DNA of 21,559 nucleotides from Candidatus Sysuimicrobiota bacterium (GTDB taxonomy: Bacteria; Sysuimicrobiota; Sysuimicrobiia; Sysuimicrobiales; Sysuimicrobiaceae): the NCBI GenBank assembly GCA_040289515.1, contig PSLI01000035.1, positions 1-21,559 on the forward strand, in the 5' to 3' direction. Each line of letters opens with the position of its first letter. Position 1 is the stretch's first letter. The translations under genes and the position numbers were made by a program. Positions 7,231 through 17,396 of this stretch are shown piece by piece. The notes beneath the pieces are model-generated. The model was given only the letters and a program-made list of their open reading frames with translations. It ran no database searches and had not been told where the DNA came from.

Positions 7231-8444
7231 TGGACACCCAGACGGCGGTGCGGTGGTCGGAACAGTACCTGTTCGGCAACTACCGGCGGGTGCCCGTGGC
7301 GTTCGCCCGCGGATGCGGCACCCGGCTGTGGGATCTCGAGGGGAAGGAATACCTGGACTTCGTGGCGGGGATCGCGGTCAACTGTCTGGGTCACGCGCAC
7401 CCCGCCTTGGTGCGGACCCTTGCGGAGCAGGCGGGCCGCTACGTGCACGTCTCTAACCTGTACCACATTCCCGAGCAGGCCCGAGCGGCCAAGCTCCTGG
7501 CAGAGCGGTCGGGTTTGGCCCGGGTGTTTTTCTGCAACAGCGGGGCGGAGGCCAACGAGGCGGCCATCAAGCTGGCCCGGAAGTGGGGCAAGCTGCACCG
7601 AGGTCCGCAGGCGTACGAGATCGTGGTGGCCCACAACAGCTTCCACGGCCGCACCCTGGCCACGGTGGCGGCCACCGGGAACCCGCGCTACCACCAGGGG
7701 TTCGAGCCGCTGCCCGTGGGGTTCCGGTTCGTCGCTTACAACGACCTTGCGGCGGCCGCCGCCGCGGTGGGGCCCAGCACGTGCGCGGTGCTGATGGAGC
7801 CCGTGCAGGGGGAAGGCGGGGTGATCCCGGCGCAGGCGGACTACCTGAGGGGCCTTCAGGAGCTGTGCCATGAGCGGGGCGTGCTGTTCATGCTGGACGA
7901 GGTGCAGACAGGCGTGGGGCGCACGGGGGCGTACTTCGCCTTCCAGCATTACGGGCTGGCGCCGGACGTGGTCACCCTCGCCAAGGGCCTCGGGGGCGGC
8001 GTGCCCGTGGGCGCCGTGCTGGCTCGGGACGAGGTGGCTCGGGTGTTCGAACCGGGCGACCACGGCTCCACCTTCGGGGGCAACGCCCTTAGCGCGGCGG
8101 CGGTGTGCGCGGTGCTGGAAACTTTGGAGGCGGAGGGGCTGGTGGAGCACGCGGCCCGCATGGGCGAACGCCTTCAGTCCGGTCTGCGCGCCCTGGCGAG
8201 CCGTAACCCCCTGGTGACGGAGGTTCGGGGGAGGGGGCTGCTGGTGGCGTTGGACCTGCGGGTGAGCTCCGCCGCGGTGGAAGCCGCCTGCCGCGAGCGG
8301 GGGTTGCTGGTGAACGCGGTGCGGCCCCAGACCGTGCGGCTGTGCCCGCCCTTGGTGGTCTCCGCGGAGGAGGTGGATCGCGCGGTGGCCATCCTGGGGG
8401 AGGCGCTGGAGGCGGTGGGGGCCGTGGCCCAGGGAGGGAGGTGA
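7230..8444 (+). CDS. argD: Acetylornithine aminotransferase
   Basis: YLDFVAGIAVNCLGH, FFCNSGAEANEAAIKLAR, SFHGRT, EPVQGEGG, DEVQTG, TLAKGLGGG and HGSTFGGN motifs. The ATG overlaps the argB stop (TGATG). Confidence 0.95.
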   Translation: MDTQTAVRWSEQYLFGNYRRVPVAFARGCGTRLWDLEGKEYLDFVAGIAVNCLGHAHPALVRTLAEQAGRYVHVSNLYHIPEQARAAKLLAERSGLARVFFCNSGAEANEAAIKLARKWGKLHRGPQAYEIVVAHNSFHGRTLATVAATGNPRYHQGFEPLPVGFRFVAYNDLAAAAAAVGPSTCAVLMEPVQGEGGVIPAQADYLRGLQELCHERGVLFMLDEVQTGVGRTGAYFAFQHYGLAPDVVTLAKGLGGGVPVGAVLARDEVARVFEPGDHGSTFGGNALSAAAVCAVLETLEAEGLVEHAARMGERLQSGLRALASRNPLVTEVRGRGLLVALDLRVSSAAVEAACRERGLLVNAVRPQTVRLCPPLVVSAEEVDRAVAILGEALEAVGAVAQGGR

Positions 8445-8449
8445 GGGAG

Positions 8450-9685
<1,236 letters not shown>

Positions 9686-9744
9686 CCGTGCCTGAAGGCG
9701 AAGAGCCTACCCGGTTCACGCTCCCAACGGGCGTAGGCCGTGGC

Positions 9745-11214
9745 ATGTCCGAGCCGCAGGCGGGCAAGCTGTGGGGCGGCCGGTTCGGGGCCGAGCTGGA
9801 TCCGGCCCTGCACCGCTTCACCGCCTCCTTCCCTTTCGACCGGCGTCTGGTGCGCCACGACCTGGTAGGCAGCCTGGCCCACGCCCGCATGCTGGCGGAG
9901 GTGGGCCTGCTGGACGGGCAGGATGCGCGCGCGGTGCTGGAGGGCCTTGCGGGCATCCTGCGGGACGTGGAGGAGGGCCGCCTGGCGGCGGACGGCCCGG
10001 AGGAGGACGTGCACACCTGGATCGAGCGGGTGCTGCACGAACGCATCGGGGAGGCTGCGGGCCGTCTGCACACCGCCCGCAGCCGGAACGATCAGGTGTC
10101 CACGGCGCTTCGCCTTTGCGTGCGGGGGTGCCTGCGGGAGCTGGTGGAGGGGGTGGTGGCGCTGCAGGAGGTGTGGGTGGAGCAGGCCGCAGATCACCTG
10201 CAGACCTGGATGCCAGGTTACACCCACCTGCAGCGGGCCCAGCCGGTCAGCCTGGCGCACCACTTGCTGGCGCACGCGTGGGCCCTGAACGCAGACGCCC
10301 GTCGCCTGCAGCAGGTTTACCACCACGCGGGCCTGTCCGTCCTGGGCGCGGGGGCGCTAGCGGGCAGCTCCCTGCCCATCCGTCCGGATCGCACCGCGTA
10401 TTGGCTGGGGTTCACCGCGCTGTTCCCCAACAGCCTGTACGCCGTATCGGACCGGGACTACGTGCTGGAGACGGCCTTTGGGGCCGCCATGGTCCTCGTG
10501 CACCTCTCCCGGTGGGCGGAGGAGGTGGTGCTGTGGACCTCCGCGGAATTCGGCTTCGCGGAGCTAGCCGACTCCGTGGCCAAGGGCTCCAGCCTCATGC
10601 CCCAGAAGAAGAACCCGGAGGTGGCGGAGCTGATCCGGGCTAAGGCCGGACGGGGGCTCGCGGCCCTGGCCGGGCTGCTGGCCGTGCTGAAGGGGCTGCC
10701 ACTTTCGTACAACAGCGACCTGCAGGAAGACAAGGAGATGCTGTTTGACGTCCTGGACACCGCTGCAGGATGCGTGGACGCGGCCCGGTGCCTGGCTGGC
10801 GGCGTCCGGTACCGGCCCGACCGCATGCGCCAGGCGCTGCAGGGCGGCTACCTCACCGCCACGGACCTGGCGGAGTACCTGGTCCGACGGGGCGTGCCCT
10901 TTCGCACCGCGCACCACCAGGCGGGCAGGGCGGTGCGGGAGGCGGAGAGCCGCGGTTGCGAGCTGTGGGAGTTGCCCCTGGAGGTGCTGCGGTCCTGCTG
11001 CCCGCAGGCGGACTCAGACGTGTACGGGGCGCTCCAGCCGGAGGGCGCCGGAGCTGCCCGGCGGTCCTGGGGCGGCCCCGCGCCCGAAAGGGTGGCCGAG
11101 CAGCTGGAGGCGATCCGGCGCGAGCTGGAGACCACCCGGGCGTGGTTACAGGCGGCTTCCCAGCCGCCCATTTACACCGCTTACCGGGAGGGACGGCTGC
11201 TCGAGGGTCTATGA
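9745..11214 (+). CDS. argH: Argininosuccinate lyase
   Basis: LWGGRF, EDVH, LHTARSRNDQV, MPGYTHLQRAQP, GSSLMPQKKNP, GLPLSYNSDLQEDKE and GVPFRTAH motifs. Alternative start at GTG 9688. Confidence 0.97.
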   Translation: MSEPQAGKLWGGRFGAELDPALHRFTASFPFDRRLVRHDLVGSLAHARMLAEVGLLDGQDARAVLEGLAGILRDVEEGRLAADGPEEDVHTWIERVLHERIGEAAGRLHTARSRNDQVSTALRLCVRGCLRELVEGVVALQEVWVEQAADHLQTWMPGYTHLQRAQPVSLAHHLLAHAWALNADARRLQQVYHHAGLSVLGAGALAGSSLPIRPDRTAYWLGFTALFPNSLYAVSDRDYVLETAFGAAMVLVHLSRWAEEVVLWTSAEFGFAELADSVAKGSSLMPQKKNPEVAELIRAKAGRGLAALAGLLAVLKGLPLSYNSDLQEDKEMLFDVLDTAAGCVDAARCLAGGVRYRPDRMRQALQGGYLTATDLAEYLVRRGVPFRTAHHQAGRAVREAESRGCELWELPLEVLRSCCPQADSDVYGALQPEGAGAARRSWGGPAPERVAEQLEAIRRELETTRAWLQAASQPPIYTAYREGRLLEGL

Positions 11215-11675
11215 ACCGCGCACAGCGGGAGCGTCTCATCCTGGAGATCATCTCCGCGCAGGCGGTACAGACCCAGCAGGAGCTGGTGCACGCCCTGCGC
11301 CGGCGGGGCCTCCGGGTCACCCAGGCCACCGTGTCGCGCGACGTCAAGCGCCTGGGGCTGGTGAAGGTCCCCGACGCCCAGGGTCGGTACCGCTACGCGC
11401 CGCCTGAGGGCCTCCGGGAGGTCACCGCCCCCGCGGCGCAGGAAAAGCTGGCCTCGGCCTTCCGGGAGTTCGTGACGGGCGTGGACTGGGGGGAGGGCCT
11501 CGTGCTCGTGAAGACCCTCTCGGGCCGGGCCAACGCCGTGGCCGCCGCCATCGACGAGGCGCGGATGCCGGAGATCGCAGGAACCGTGGCGGGCGACGAC
11601 ACCATCGTGGTGGTGGTGCGCCGGGCGGGCGACCGGGAGGTGGTCGTCCGGGCCCTGGGCCGGCTGTTAGAATAG
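11211..11675 (+). CDS. argR: Arginine repressor
   Basis: TQQELV, VTQATVSRD (DNA-binding) and AGTVAGDDT (arginine-binding) motifs; ATGA overlap with the argH stop. Confidence 0.97.
   Translation: MNRAQRERLILEIISAQAVQTQQELVHALRRRGLRVTQATVSRDVKRLGLVKVPDAQGRYRYAPPEGLREVTAPAAQEKLASAFREFVTGVDWGEGLVLVKTLSGRANAVAAAIDEARMPEIAGTVAGDDTIVVVVRRAGDREVVVRALGRLLE
11665..11673 (+). promoter_or_regulatory. Putative extended -10 promoter (TGtTAGAAT) for the HD-ybeY-era cluster
   Basis: TGn-TAGAAT overlaps the last argR codons and uses a TTA codon that is rare in this GC-rich DNA. GGAGG (11685-11689) and GTG 11698 follow. Confidence 0.5.
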
Positions 11676-11697
11676 CGGCGCGACGGAGGCGCACCGG

Positions 11698-13767
11698 GTG
11701 CGGATCCCAGAGCGGTGGCGGCCCGTGGGGTTGCTGGTGGCCCTCTGGGTACTATTGTGCGCCACGGGCTGGATCCCCTACCTGCCCGCGACGTCCCTGC
11801 GGGTGGGCGCGGTGAGCCCCCAGGATGTGCTGGCTCCCCGCACGGTGGAGTTCGTGGACTGGGAGCGCACGGAGGCCCTGCGCCAGGAGGTTACCGCGGC
11901 AGTGCCCCTCGTGTACCGCACCGTGCCCGACGCCCTGGAGCGTGCGGAACGGGAAGCCCGCCAAGCCCTGGAGTCGGTGCTGGCGGTCCGCGCGGACCGC
12001 TCGGCTGCACCCGAGGCTCCCCGCGAGCGCCTGGAACGCCTGGGCCTGCGCCGGGAATCCCTGGAGGCAGCCCTCACCCTGGACCGGGTACAGCTGGTGG
12101 CCGCGGGCGAGGCGGGGCTGTCAGCCGCGTACCGCCTGATGAGCCGTCCCCTCAGGCCGGAGGACCTGCCCGCCGCACGACAGCAGCTGGATCCGGTCCT
12201 GCGAGAGAAGGGCGTGCGGGGCAGGGCCCTGCTCTTCGGCCGGTGGGTGGCGGAGCGTGCCCTGCGGCCCAACCTGCTGGTGGACGAGCTTCAGACCCGG
12301 CGCGCCCGGGAAGCCGCCCGCGCGGGTGTGGAACCGGTGTGGGTCCGGGTGCAGCAGGGCGAGGTGGTGGTGCGGCGGGGCGAGGTGGTGACCCCGCAGC
12401 ACATGCGGAAGCTGCAGGCCCTGGGCCTGGCGGCGGGCTGGCCGTGGGACAGGGCGGCGGGGACCGCGGTGCTGGTAGGTCTTTTGGTGGCCTTGCTGGG
12501 GGTGTCTCTGAGCTGCTTCCATCCGGAAGTCTGGCGCGACCCCCGGCAGCTGGCCCTGGTGGGCCTGCTGGTGTGGCTGGGCGCTGCGGGCACGCGCCTC
12601 GTGGCCTCCGCCCTGCACTCCTTGTTGCTTCCCAACGCCGCGGTCGCCATGCTGCTTGCGGTGCTGGTAGGTCCCCGCGTGGCCTTGCTGGCCGCGGGCG
12701 TGCTGGCGGTGCTGGCCGGGACTTTAGGTACGCAGGACCTGCGTCTGGTGGCGGTGGCGTACGCGGGTGCCCTCACAGGGGTTTTCAGCGTCCAGCGGAT
12801 CCAACGGCGGACGGACTTGGCGTACGCGGGGGTCGTGGTGGGGCTCGCCAACGCGGCCACCGCCCTGGCGGTAGCCCTGCTGGCCAGCGCCCCGGTTCGG
12901 GACGCGGCCCTGGACGCGGGTGTCGGCCTAGCCGGTGGCGTGCTGTGGGGGGTGCTGGCGACCGGAGCGCTGCCGTACCTGGAGGACCTGTTCGACGTGG
13001 TCACCCCCATCAAGCTCCTGGAGCTCAGCAACCCAGGCCACCCGCTATTAAGGCGGCTGCAGCTGGAAGCACCGGGCACTTACCACCACACCCTCATGGT
13101 GGCCAACCTGGCAGAGGCGGCGGCGGTGGCCGTGGGTGCGGACCCCCTCCTGGCCCGCGTGGGCGCGTACTACCACGACGTGGGCAAACTCCGCCGGCCC
13201 GGCTTCTTCGTGGAGAACCAGGTGGGCGGCAACAACCCCCACGACCGCATAAGCCCCAGTTTGAGCGCGCTGACCCTGGCCGCCCACGTGCGGGATGGGC
13301 TGGAGCTGGCCCGGCAGTACCGGCTGCCCAGGGTGGTGGTGGATTTCATCGCCCAGCACCACGGCACCAGCTTGATGGCCTACTTCTACCACCGGGCCCT
13401 AGAGCAGCAGGGGCCCGTGGACCCCGAGGCGTTCCGGTACGAGGGCCCCAAACCCCGGTCCCGGGAAGCGGCCATCGTCATGCTGGCGGACGGGGTGGAG
13501 GCTGCAGCCCGATCGGTGCAGAACCCCACCCCCGACCGGATCCGAGAGCTCGTGCGAAGGATCGTGCGCGAGCGGCTGGAGGATGGGCAGCTGGACCGGT
13601 GCGACCTCACCTTCCGCGACCTGGAAAGCATCACGCAGGCGTTTGCGCGCCTGCTGGTATCCATGTTTCACCCGCGCCTGGAGTATCCGGAGGTCAGCCT
13701 TGAGGCGCACCGCCGCAGGCGGCAGCGTCTGGGTGCGTTCCCTGTACCGCCCCGAACAGGTTCGTAG
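11698..13767 (+). CDS. 7TM-HD family phosphohydrolase (PgpH-like cyclic di-AMP phosphodiesterase)
   Basis: N-terminal transmembrane segment, extracellular domain, multi-pass membrane block, then LLELSNPGHPLL, EAPGTYHH, AYYHDVGK, FFVENQ, QHHGT, FRYEGPKP, MLADGVEAA and FHPRLEYP. Sits upstream of ybeY as in Firmicutes. Confidence 0.92.
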   Translation: MRIPERWRPVGLLVALWVLLCATGWIPYLPATSLRVGAVSPQDVLAPRTVEFVDWERTEALRQEVTAAVPLVYRTVPDALERAEREARQALESVLAVRADRSAAPEAPRERLERLGLRRESLEAALTLDRVQLVAAGEAGLSAAYRLMSRPLRPEDLPAARQQLDPVLREKGVRGRALLFGRWVAERALRPNLLVDELQTRRAREAARAGVEPVWVRVQQGEVVVRRGEVVTPQHMRKLQALGLAAGWPWDRAAGTAVLVGLLVALLGVSLSCFHPEVWRDPRQLALVGLLVWLGAAGTRLVASALHSLLLPNAAVAMLLAVLVGPRVALLAAGVLAVLAGTLGTQDLRLVAVAYAGALTGVFSVQRIQRRTDLAYAGVVVGLANAATALAVALLASAPVRDAALDAGVGLAGGVLWGVLATGALPYLEDLFDVVTPIKLLELSNPGHPLLRRLQLEAPGTYHHTLMVANLAEAAAVAVGADPLLARVGAYYHDVGKLRRPGFFVENQVGGNNPHDRISPSLSALTLAAHVRDGLELARQYRLPRVVVDFIAQHHGTSLMAYFYHRALEQQGPVDPEAFRYEGPKPRSREAAIVMLADGVEAAARSVQNPTPDRIRELVRRIVRERLEDGQLDRCDLTFRDLESITQAFARLLVSMFHPRLEYPEVSLEAHRRRRQRLGAFPVPPRTGS

Positions 13768-14158
13768 CCTGGCCCAGGGGGCACGGCGTGCGGTACGGCT
13801 CACCCTGCGGGCGCTGGGGGTGGCTGGTCCCGCGGAGGTCAGCGTGGTTCTGGCCGACGATGCCACCGTGCGCGCGCTGAACCGCACCTACCGCGGACAG
13901 GACCGGACCACGGACGTGCTGGCCTTCCCCCAGGACGGACAGGCAGGGCTGCTGGGAGACGTGGTGATCTCCCTGGAGCAGGCGGCGCGGCAGGCCCGGC
14001 GAGCGCGCCACGCCCTGTCACGGGAGGTGGCCCTTCTGGCCATCCACGGAACCCTGCACCTGCTGGGCTACGAAGACGAAACGGACGTGGGGCGGCGCAC
14101 CATGGGTGATCTGCAGAGGCGGCTGCTGCGCCTGTGGGCGAGGGAGGCGGGGCGGTGA
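13700..14158 (+). CDS. ybeY: rRNA maturation endoribonuclease YbeY
   Basis: LNRTYRGQDRTTDVLAFP, LGDVVIS and IHGTLHLLGYED motifs. Start is TTG 13700 (GGAGGT RBS) or GTG 13733; both overlap the HD gene. Confidence 0.93.
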   Translation: MRRTAAGGSVWVRSLYRPEQVRSLAQGARRAVRLTLRALGVAGPAEVSVVLADDATVRALNRTYRGQDRTTDVLAFPQDGQAGLLGDVVISLEQAARQARRARHALSREVALLAIHGTLHLLGYEDETDVGRRTMGDLQRRLLRLWAREAGR

Positions 14159-14646
14159 ACCGAAGCCTGCCCGAGGCGTTCCGCGCCGCCGCGTGCGGGC
14201 TGCAGCACGCCCTGCGGACCCAGCGGAACTTCCGGATCCAGTGCGCGGCCGCGGGGGCAGCACTCCTGGCGGGGCTTCTGCTGGAGGTTCCGGCATCGGA
14301 GGTGGCGTTGCTCGCGTTGGCGTGCGGGCTGGTGCTGGCCATGGAACTGGTAAACACCGCGGTGGAGGCGCTGGTGGACGGGTTGTGGCCGCAGCGGTCG
14401 GAGGTGGCGCGGTGGGTGAAGGACACCAGCGCGGCGGCGGTGGTGGTGGCCGCCACAGTGGCGGTGGCGGTGGGCGCGCTGATCCTGGCACCACCGCTGC
14501 TGACACGCCTGGGCATGGGTTCGGGATGGGTGAGGCCCGTGGTGGCCGCGGGTGGGGCAGGGCTAGCTGCGGCTGCGGCTGCGTGGCAGTTCGCGCACCG
14601 GAGGCGGGCTGCGGTTGAGGACCGTCCCAAGGCCGTGGTAGAATGA
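14155..14646 (+). CDS. dgkA: Prokaryotic diacylglycerol/undecaprenol kinase family protein
   Basis: F..A..GL...LRTQRNFRIQ, MELVNTAVEALVD and VKDTSAAAV motifs; GTGA overlap with ybeY; one extra C-terminal hydrophobic segment. Confidence 0.9.
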   Translation: MNRSLPEAFRAAACGLQHALRTQRNFRIQCAAAGAALLAGLLLEVPASEVALLALACGLVLAMELVNTAVEALVDGLWPQRSEVARWVKDTSAAAVVVAATVAVAVGALILAPPLLTRLGMGSGWVRPVVAAGGAGLAAAAAAWQFAHRRRAAVEDRPKAVVE

Positions 14647-14717
14647 CCGCGCCGGGGTCGGGGTGTGCCCCGGGTCCACCCCGCGAGGGGTGGGCGGCTT
14701 CAGGAGGAACGCCTTCT

Positions 14718-15998
14718 GTGGAAGATTCGGGCAGTAGCCTGGGACGGTATCTGCTGTTCGCCGTCCTGGTGGGGGTGGCTGCTGTCTTCTCCCTCGCCGA
14801 GGCCAGTTTGCCGCGCGCCAACCGCCAGCGCCTCCGGCAGCTCTCGCAGCAGGGGAACCTGCCCGCCGCGGTGGCCTTGCGGCTGCTGCAGGCCCCCCTG
14901 CGCCTGGTGAGCGCGCTGCGGGCCGGACACGTCCTGTCGAGCCTGGGGGCCGCGGTGGCGCTCGCCGCGGAGCTGGGCGCGCGGGGTGCGTGGGTGGCCT
15001 TCGCCGTGGCGGCGTTGGTCCTGCTGCTGGTGGTGGAGGCCCTGCCGAGGGCCGTGGCGGCCCGCTGGCCGGGGGAGTCGGCCGTGTGGTGCGCCCTGCC
15101 TGTGCGCGCAGGGGTGTGGCTGGTCTCCCCTCTGCTGACGGTGCTGGGGCCGATGGCTCGGCTGGCCGGCTGGCCCTTGGGATTGCGGGTGCCGCAGCAG
15201 GCGCCCCTGGCGCAGGAGGAGGAGCTGGATTTGGTGGCGCGTATGGAGGAGGCCAACGGTGGCCTTGAGGAAGGCGAGCGGGAGATGATCCACTCCATCT
15301 TCGAGTTCGGGGAGACCCTGGTGCGGGAGATCATGGTGCCCCGGGTGGACGTGGTGGCCATTCGGCACGACGCGCGCCTGTGGGAGATCGTGGATCTGGT
15401 GCTGGAGGAAGGGCACTCCCGCATCCCCGTGTATCGAGACACCATCGACCACGTGGTGGGCGTGGTGTACGTGAAGGACCTGTTCCGGTACCTGCGGGAC
15501 GGCCGCACTCAGGTGACCGCGGAGGAGGTGATGCGGCCGGCGTACTACGTCCCGGAGACCAAGAAGGTGGACGAGCTGTTTCAGGAGATGCGGCAGAAGA
15601 AGGTGCACCTGGCCATCGTGGTGGACGAGTACGGGGGCACTGCGGGCCTGGTCACCATCGAGGACGTGCTGGAGGAGATCGTGGGGGAGATCCGGGACGA
15701 GTACGACGTGGAGGAGCGGGAGCCCCTGGTCATGCTGGACGAGCGCACGGCCCTGGTGGACGCCCGCATGCACCTGGAGGAGGTGAACGAGCGCCTGGGC
15801 CTGGACCTGCCCGTGGGGGAGGTGGACACCCTGGGCGGGTTCGTGTACAGCCGGATGGGCCACGTACCGCAGCAGGGCGAGCAGCTCACGTACGACGGCG
15901 TGGTGATCCGTGTGGAGGAGCTTGACGGTCAGCGCATCGCGCGCTTGCGGGTGGAGAAGCTGGGCCCCCAGGGCGCGGAGGTCACGCCGCGGCCGTGA
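14718..15998 (+). CDS. HlyC/CorC (CNNM-CBS-CorC) family transporter
   Basis: DUF21-like membrane part (FSLAEASL, EALPR), CBS pair (VREIMVPR, GHSRIPVY, VVDEYGGTAGLVTIEDVLEEIVGEIRDEYD) and CorC domain (DTLGGFV). Start is GTG 14718 with an AGGAGG RBS, or ATG 14643 overlapping the dgkA stop. Confidence 0.93.
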   Translation: MEDSGSSLGRYLLFAVLVGVAAVFSLAEASLPRANRQRLRQLSQQGNLPAAVALRLLQAPLRLVSALRAGHVLSSLGAAVALAAELGARGAWVAFAVAALVLLLVVEALPRAVAARWPGESAVWCALPVRAGVWLVSPLLTVLGPMARLAGWPLGLRVPQQAPLAQEEELDLVARMEEANGGLEEGEREMIHSIFEFGETLVREIMVPRVDVVAIRHDARLWEIVDLVLEEGHSRIPVYRDTIDHVVGVVYVKDLFRYLRDGRTQVTAEEVMRPAYYVPETKKVDELFQEMRQKKVHLAIVVDEYGGTAGLVTIEDVLEEIVGEIRDEYDVEEREPLVMLDERTALVDARMHLEEVNERLGLDLPVGEVDTLGGFVYSRMGHVPQQGEQLTYDGVVIRVEELDGQRIARLRVEKLGPQGAEVTPRP

Positions 15999-16402
15999 GG
16001 GACCTGGACCGGGCCACGGCGGAGGCCCTGGCGCGGGCGGCACGGCGGGCGCGGCGGTTCGCATATGCGCCTTACTCCCGGTTCCGCGTGGGCGCTGCGG
16101 TCCTGGACGAGCACGGACGCATCCACACCGGGTGCAACGTGGAGTGCGGCTCGTACGGGCTGTGCAACTGCGCGGAGCGGGTGGCCATCCAGAAGGCCGT
16201 CTCCGAGGGGGCCCGAAGGGTGGTGGCGGTGGCGGTGGCCGGCCCGGACGCGCGAGAGGTAACCCCCTGCGGGGCCTGCCGGCAGCTGATGGCCGAGTTC
16301 CGGACGCAATTCGTGATCCTCACCCGGGGCGGAAGGCTGCGGGTGTTCTCTTTCCGTGAGTTCCTGCCCCGAGCCTTCCGCAGCCCGAAAGAGCGCGGCT
16401 AG
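15995..16402 (+). CDS. cdd: Cytidine deaminase (homotetrameric type)
   Basis: AYAPYSRFRVGAA, GCNVE, CAER and PCGACRQ motifs; GTGA overlap with the upstream gene. Confidence 0.95.
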   Translation: MRDLDRATAEALARAARRARRFAYAPYSRFRVGAAVLDEHGRIHTGCNVECGSYGLCNCAERVAIQKAVSEGARRVVAVAVAGPDAREVTPCGACRQLMAEFRTQFVILTRGGRLRVFSFREFLPRAFRSPKERG

Positions 16403-16410
16403 CAGGAGAC

Positions 16411-17370
16411 GTGCCGGAAGAGAGCAAGGCCACCCCAGGCACGGACTTTGCGGGGCCGTCCGCGGTGCGGGGCAGCCCGCCCGGGCACCGCTCGGGGTTT
16501 GTGGCCCTGTTCGGGCCTCCCAACAGCGGCAAGTCCACCCTCCTGAACGCCCTGCTAGGGGCCAAGGTGGCTATCACTTCGCCCGTGCCCCAGACCACCC
16601 GCAGCCCCCTGCGGGGCGTGCTGACCCTCCCCCACGCCCAGCTGGTGTTCGTGGACACCCCAGGCCTGCACCGGCCCCGCCACAAGCTGGGCGAGCACAT
16701 GGTGCGGTGTGCGCGCAAGGTGCTGGAGGATGTGGACCTGGCGCTGCTGGTGCTGGACGGAGCCCGCACTCCGGGAGAGGAAGCGGAGGAGGCGGCAAAG
16801 GCGGCACAGGCGGTGCGGGTTCCCCTGCTGGTGGGGCTCAACAAGCAGGACCTGGCCAGCGAGGAGAGCCTGCAAACCTGGCGGCGGTGGCTGGCCGAGC
16901 GCGTGCGGCCCGAGGAGGTGCTGGCCCTCAGCGCCCTGCGGGGCGACGGCCTGGACCAGCTGGTGGAGGCCCTGGTGCGGCGGCTGCCGGAAGGACCTTC
17001 GTACTTCTCCCCCGACGACCTCACGGACCAGCCCCTCCAGGCCCTGGTGCGGGAGATCATCCGCGAGAAGGCCATGGAACTCACGCGGGAAGAAGTACCC
17101 CACGCCATCGCGGTGGAGCTGGAGGAGTTCCGCAAGGCCCCGGACCGGGACGTGACCTACATCCGCGCCACCCTGCACGTGGAGCGCGCGTCTCAGAAGA
17201 AGATCCTGGTGGGTGCAGGAGGCCGGGTCATCCGGGAGATCGGCCGCCGGGCCCGACCCGAGGTGGAGGCATGGCTGGGCGGCCCCGTGTACCTGGACCT
17301 GTGGGTGAAGGTGACCGAGGACTGGCGCAGGAAGGACGGCTTCCTGCGGCGGCTATACCCCCACGGCTAG
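16411..17370 (+). CDS. era: GTPase Era
   Basis: GPPNSGKST, PQTTR, DTPG and NKQD G-motifs, EIIREK...EEVPH and a C-terminal KH domain (SQKKILVG...VYLDLWVKV). The exact start is uncertain. Confidence 0.97.
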   Translation: MPEESKATPGTDFAGPSAVRGSPPGHRSGFVALFGPPNSGKSTLLNALLGAKVAITSPVPQTTRSPLRGVLTLPHAQLVFVDTPGLHRPRHKLGEHMVRCARKVLEDVDLALLVLDGARTPGEEAEEAAKAAQAVRVPLLVGLNKQDLASEESLQTWRRWLAERVRPEEVLALSALRGDGLDQLVEALVRRLPEGPSYFSPDDLTDQPLQALVREIIREKAMELTREEVPHAIAVELEEFRKAPDRDVTYIRATLHVERASQKKILVGAGGRVIREIGRRARPEVEAWLGGPVYLDLWVKVTEDWRRKDGFLRRLYPHG

Positions 17371-17396
17371 CTAGGCGGCCATCGGCCCGAACGGCG

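Noticed and set aside
17367..17374. CTAGCTAG palindrome at the era stop
   Set aside because: Too short and has no U-tract, so it is not a credible terminator or operator.
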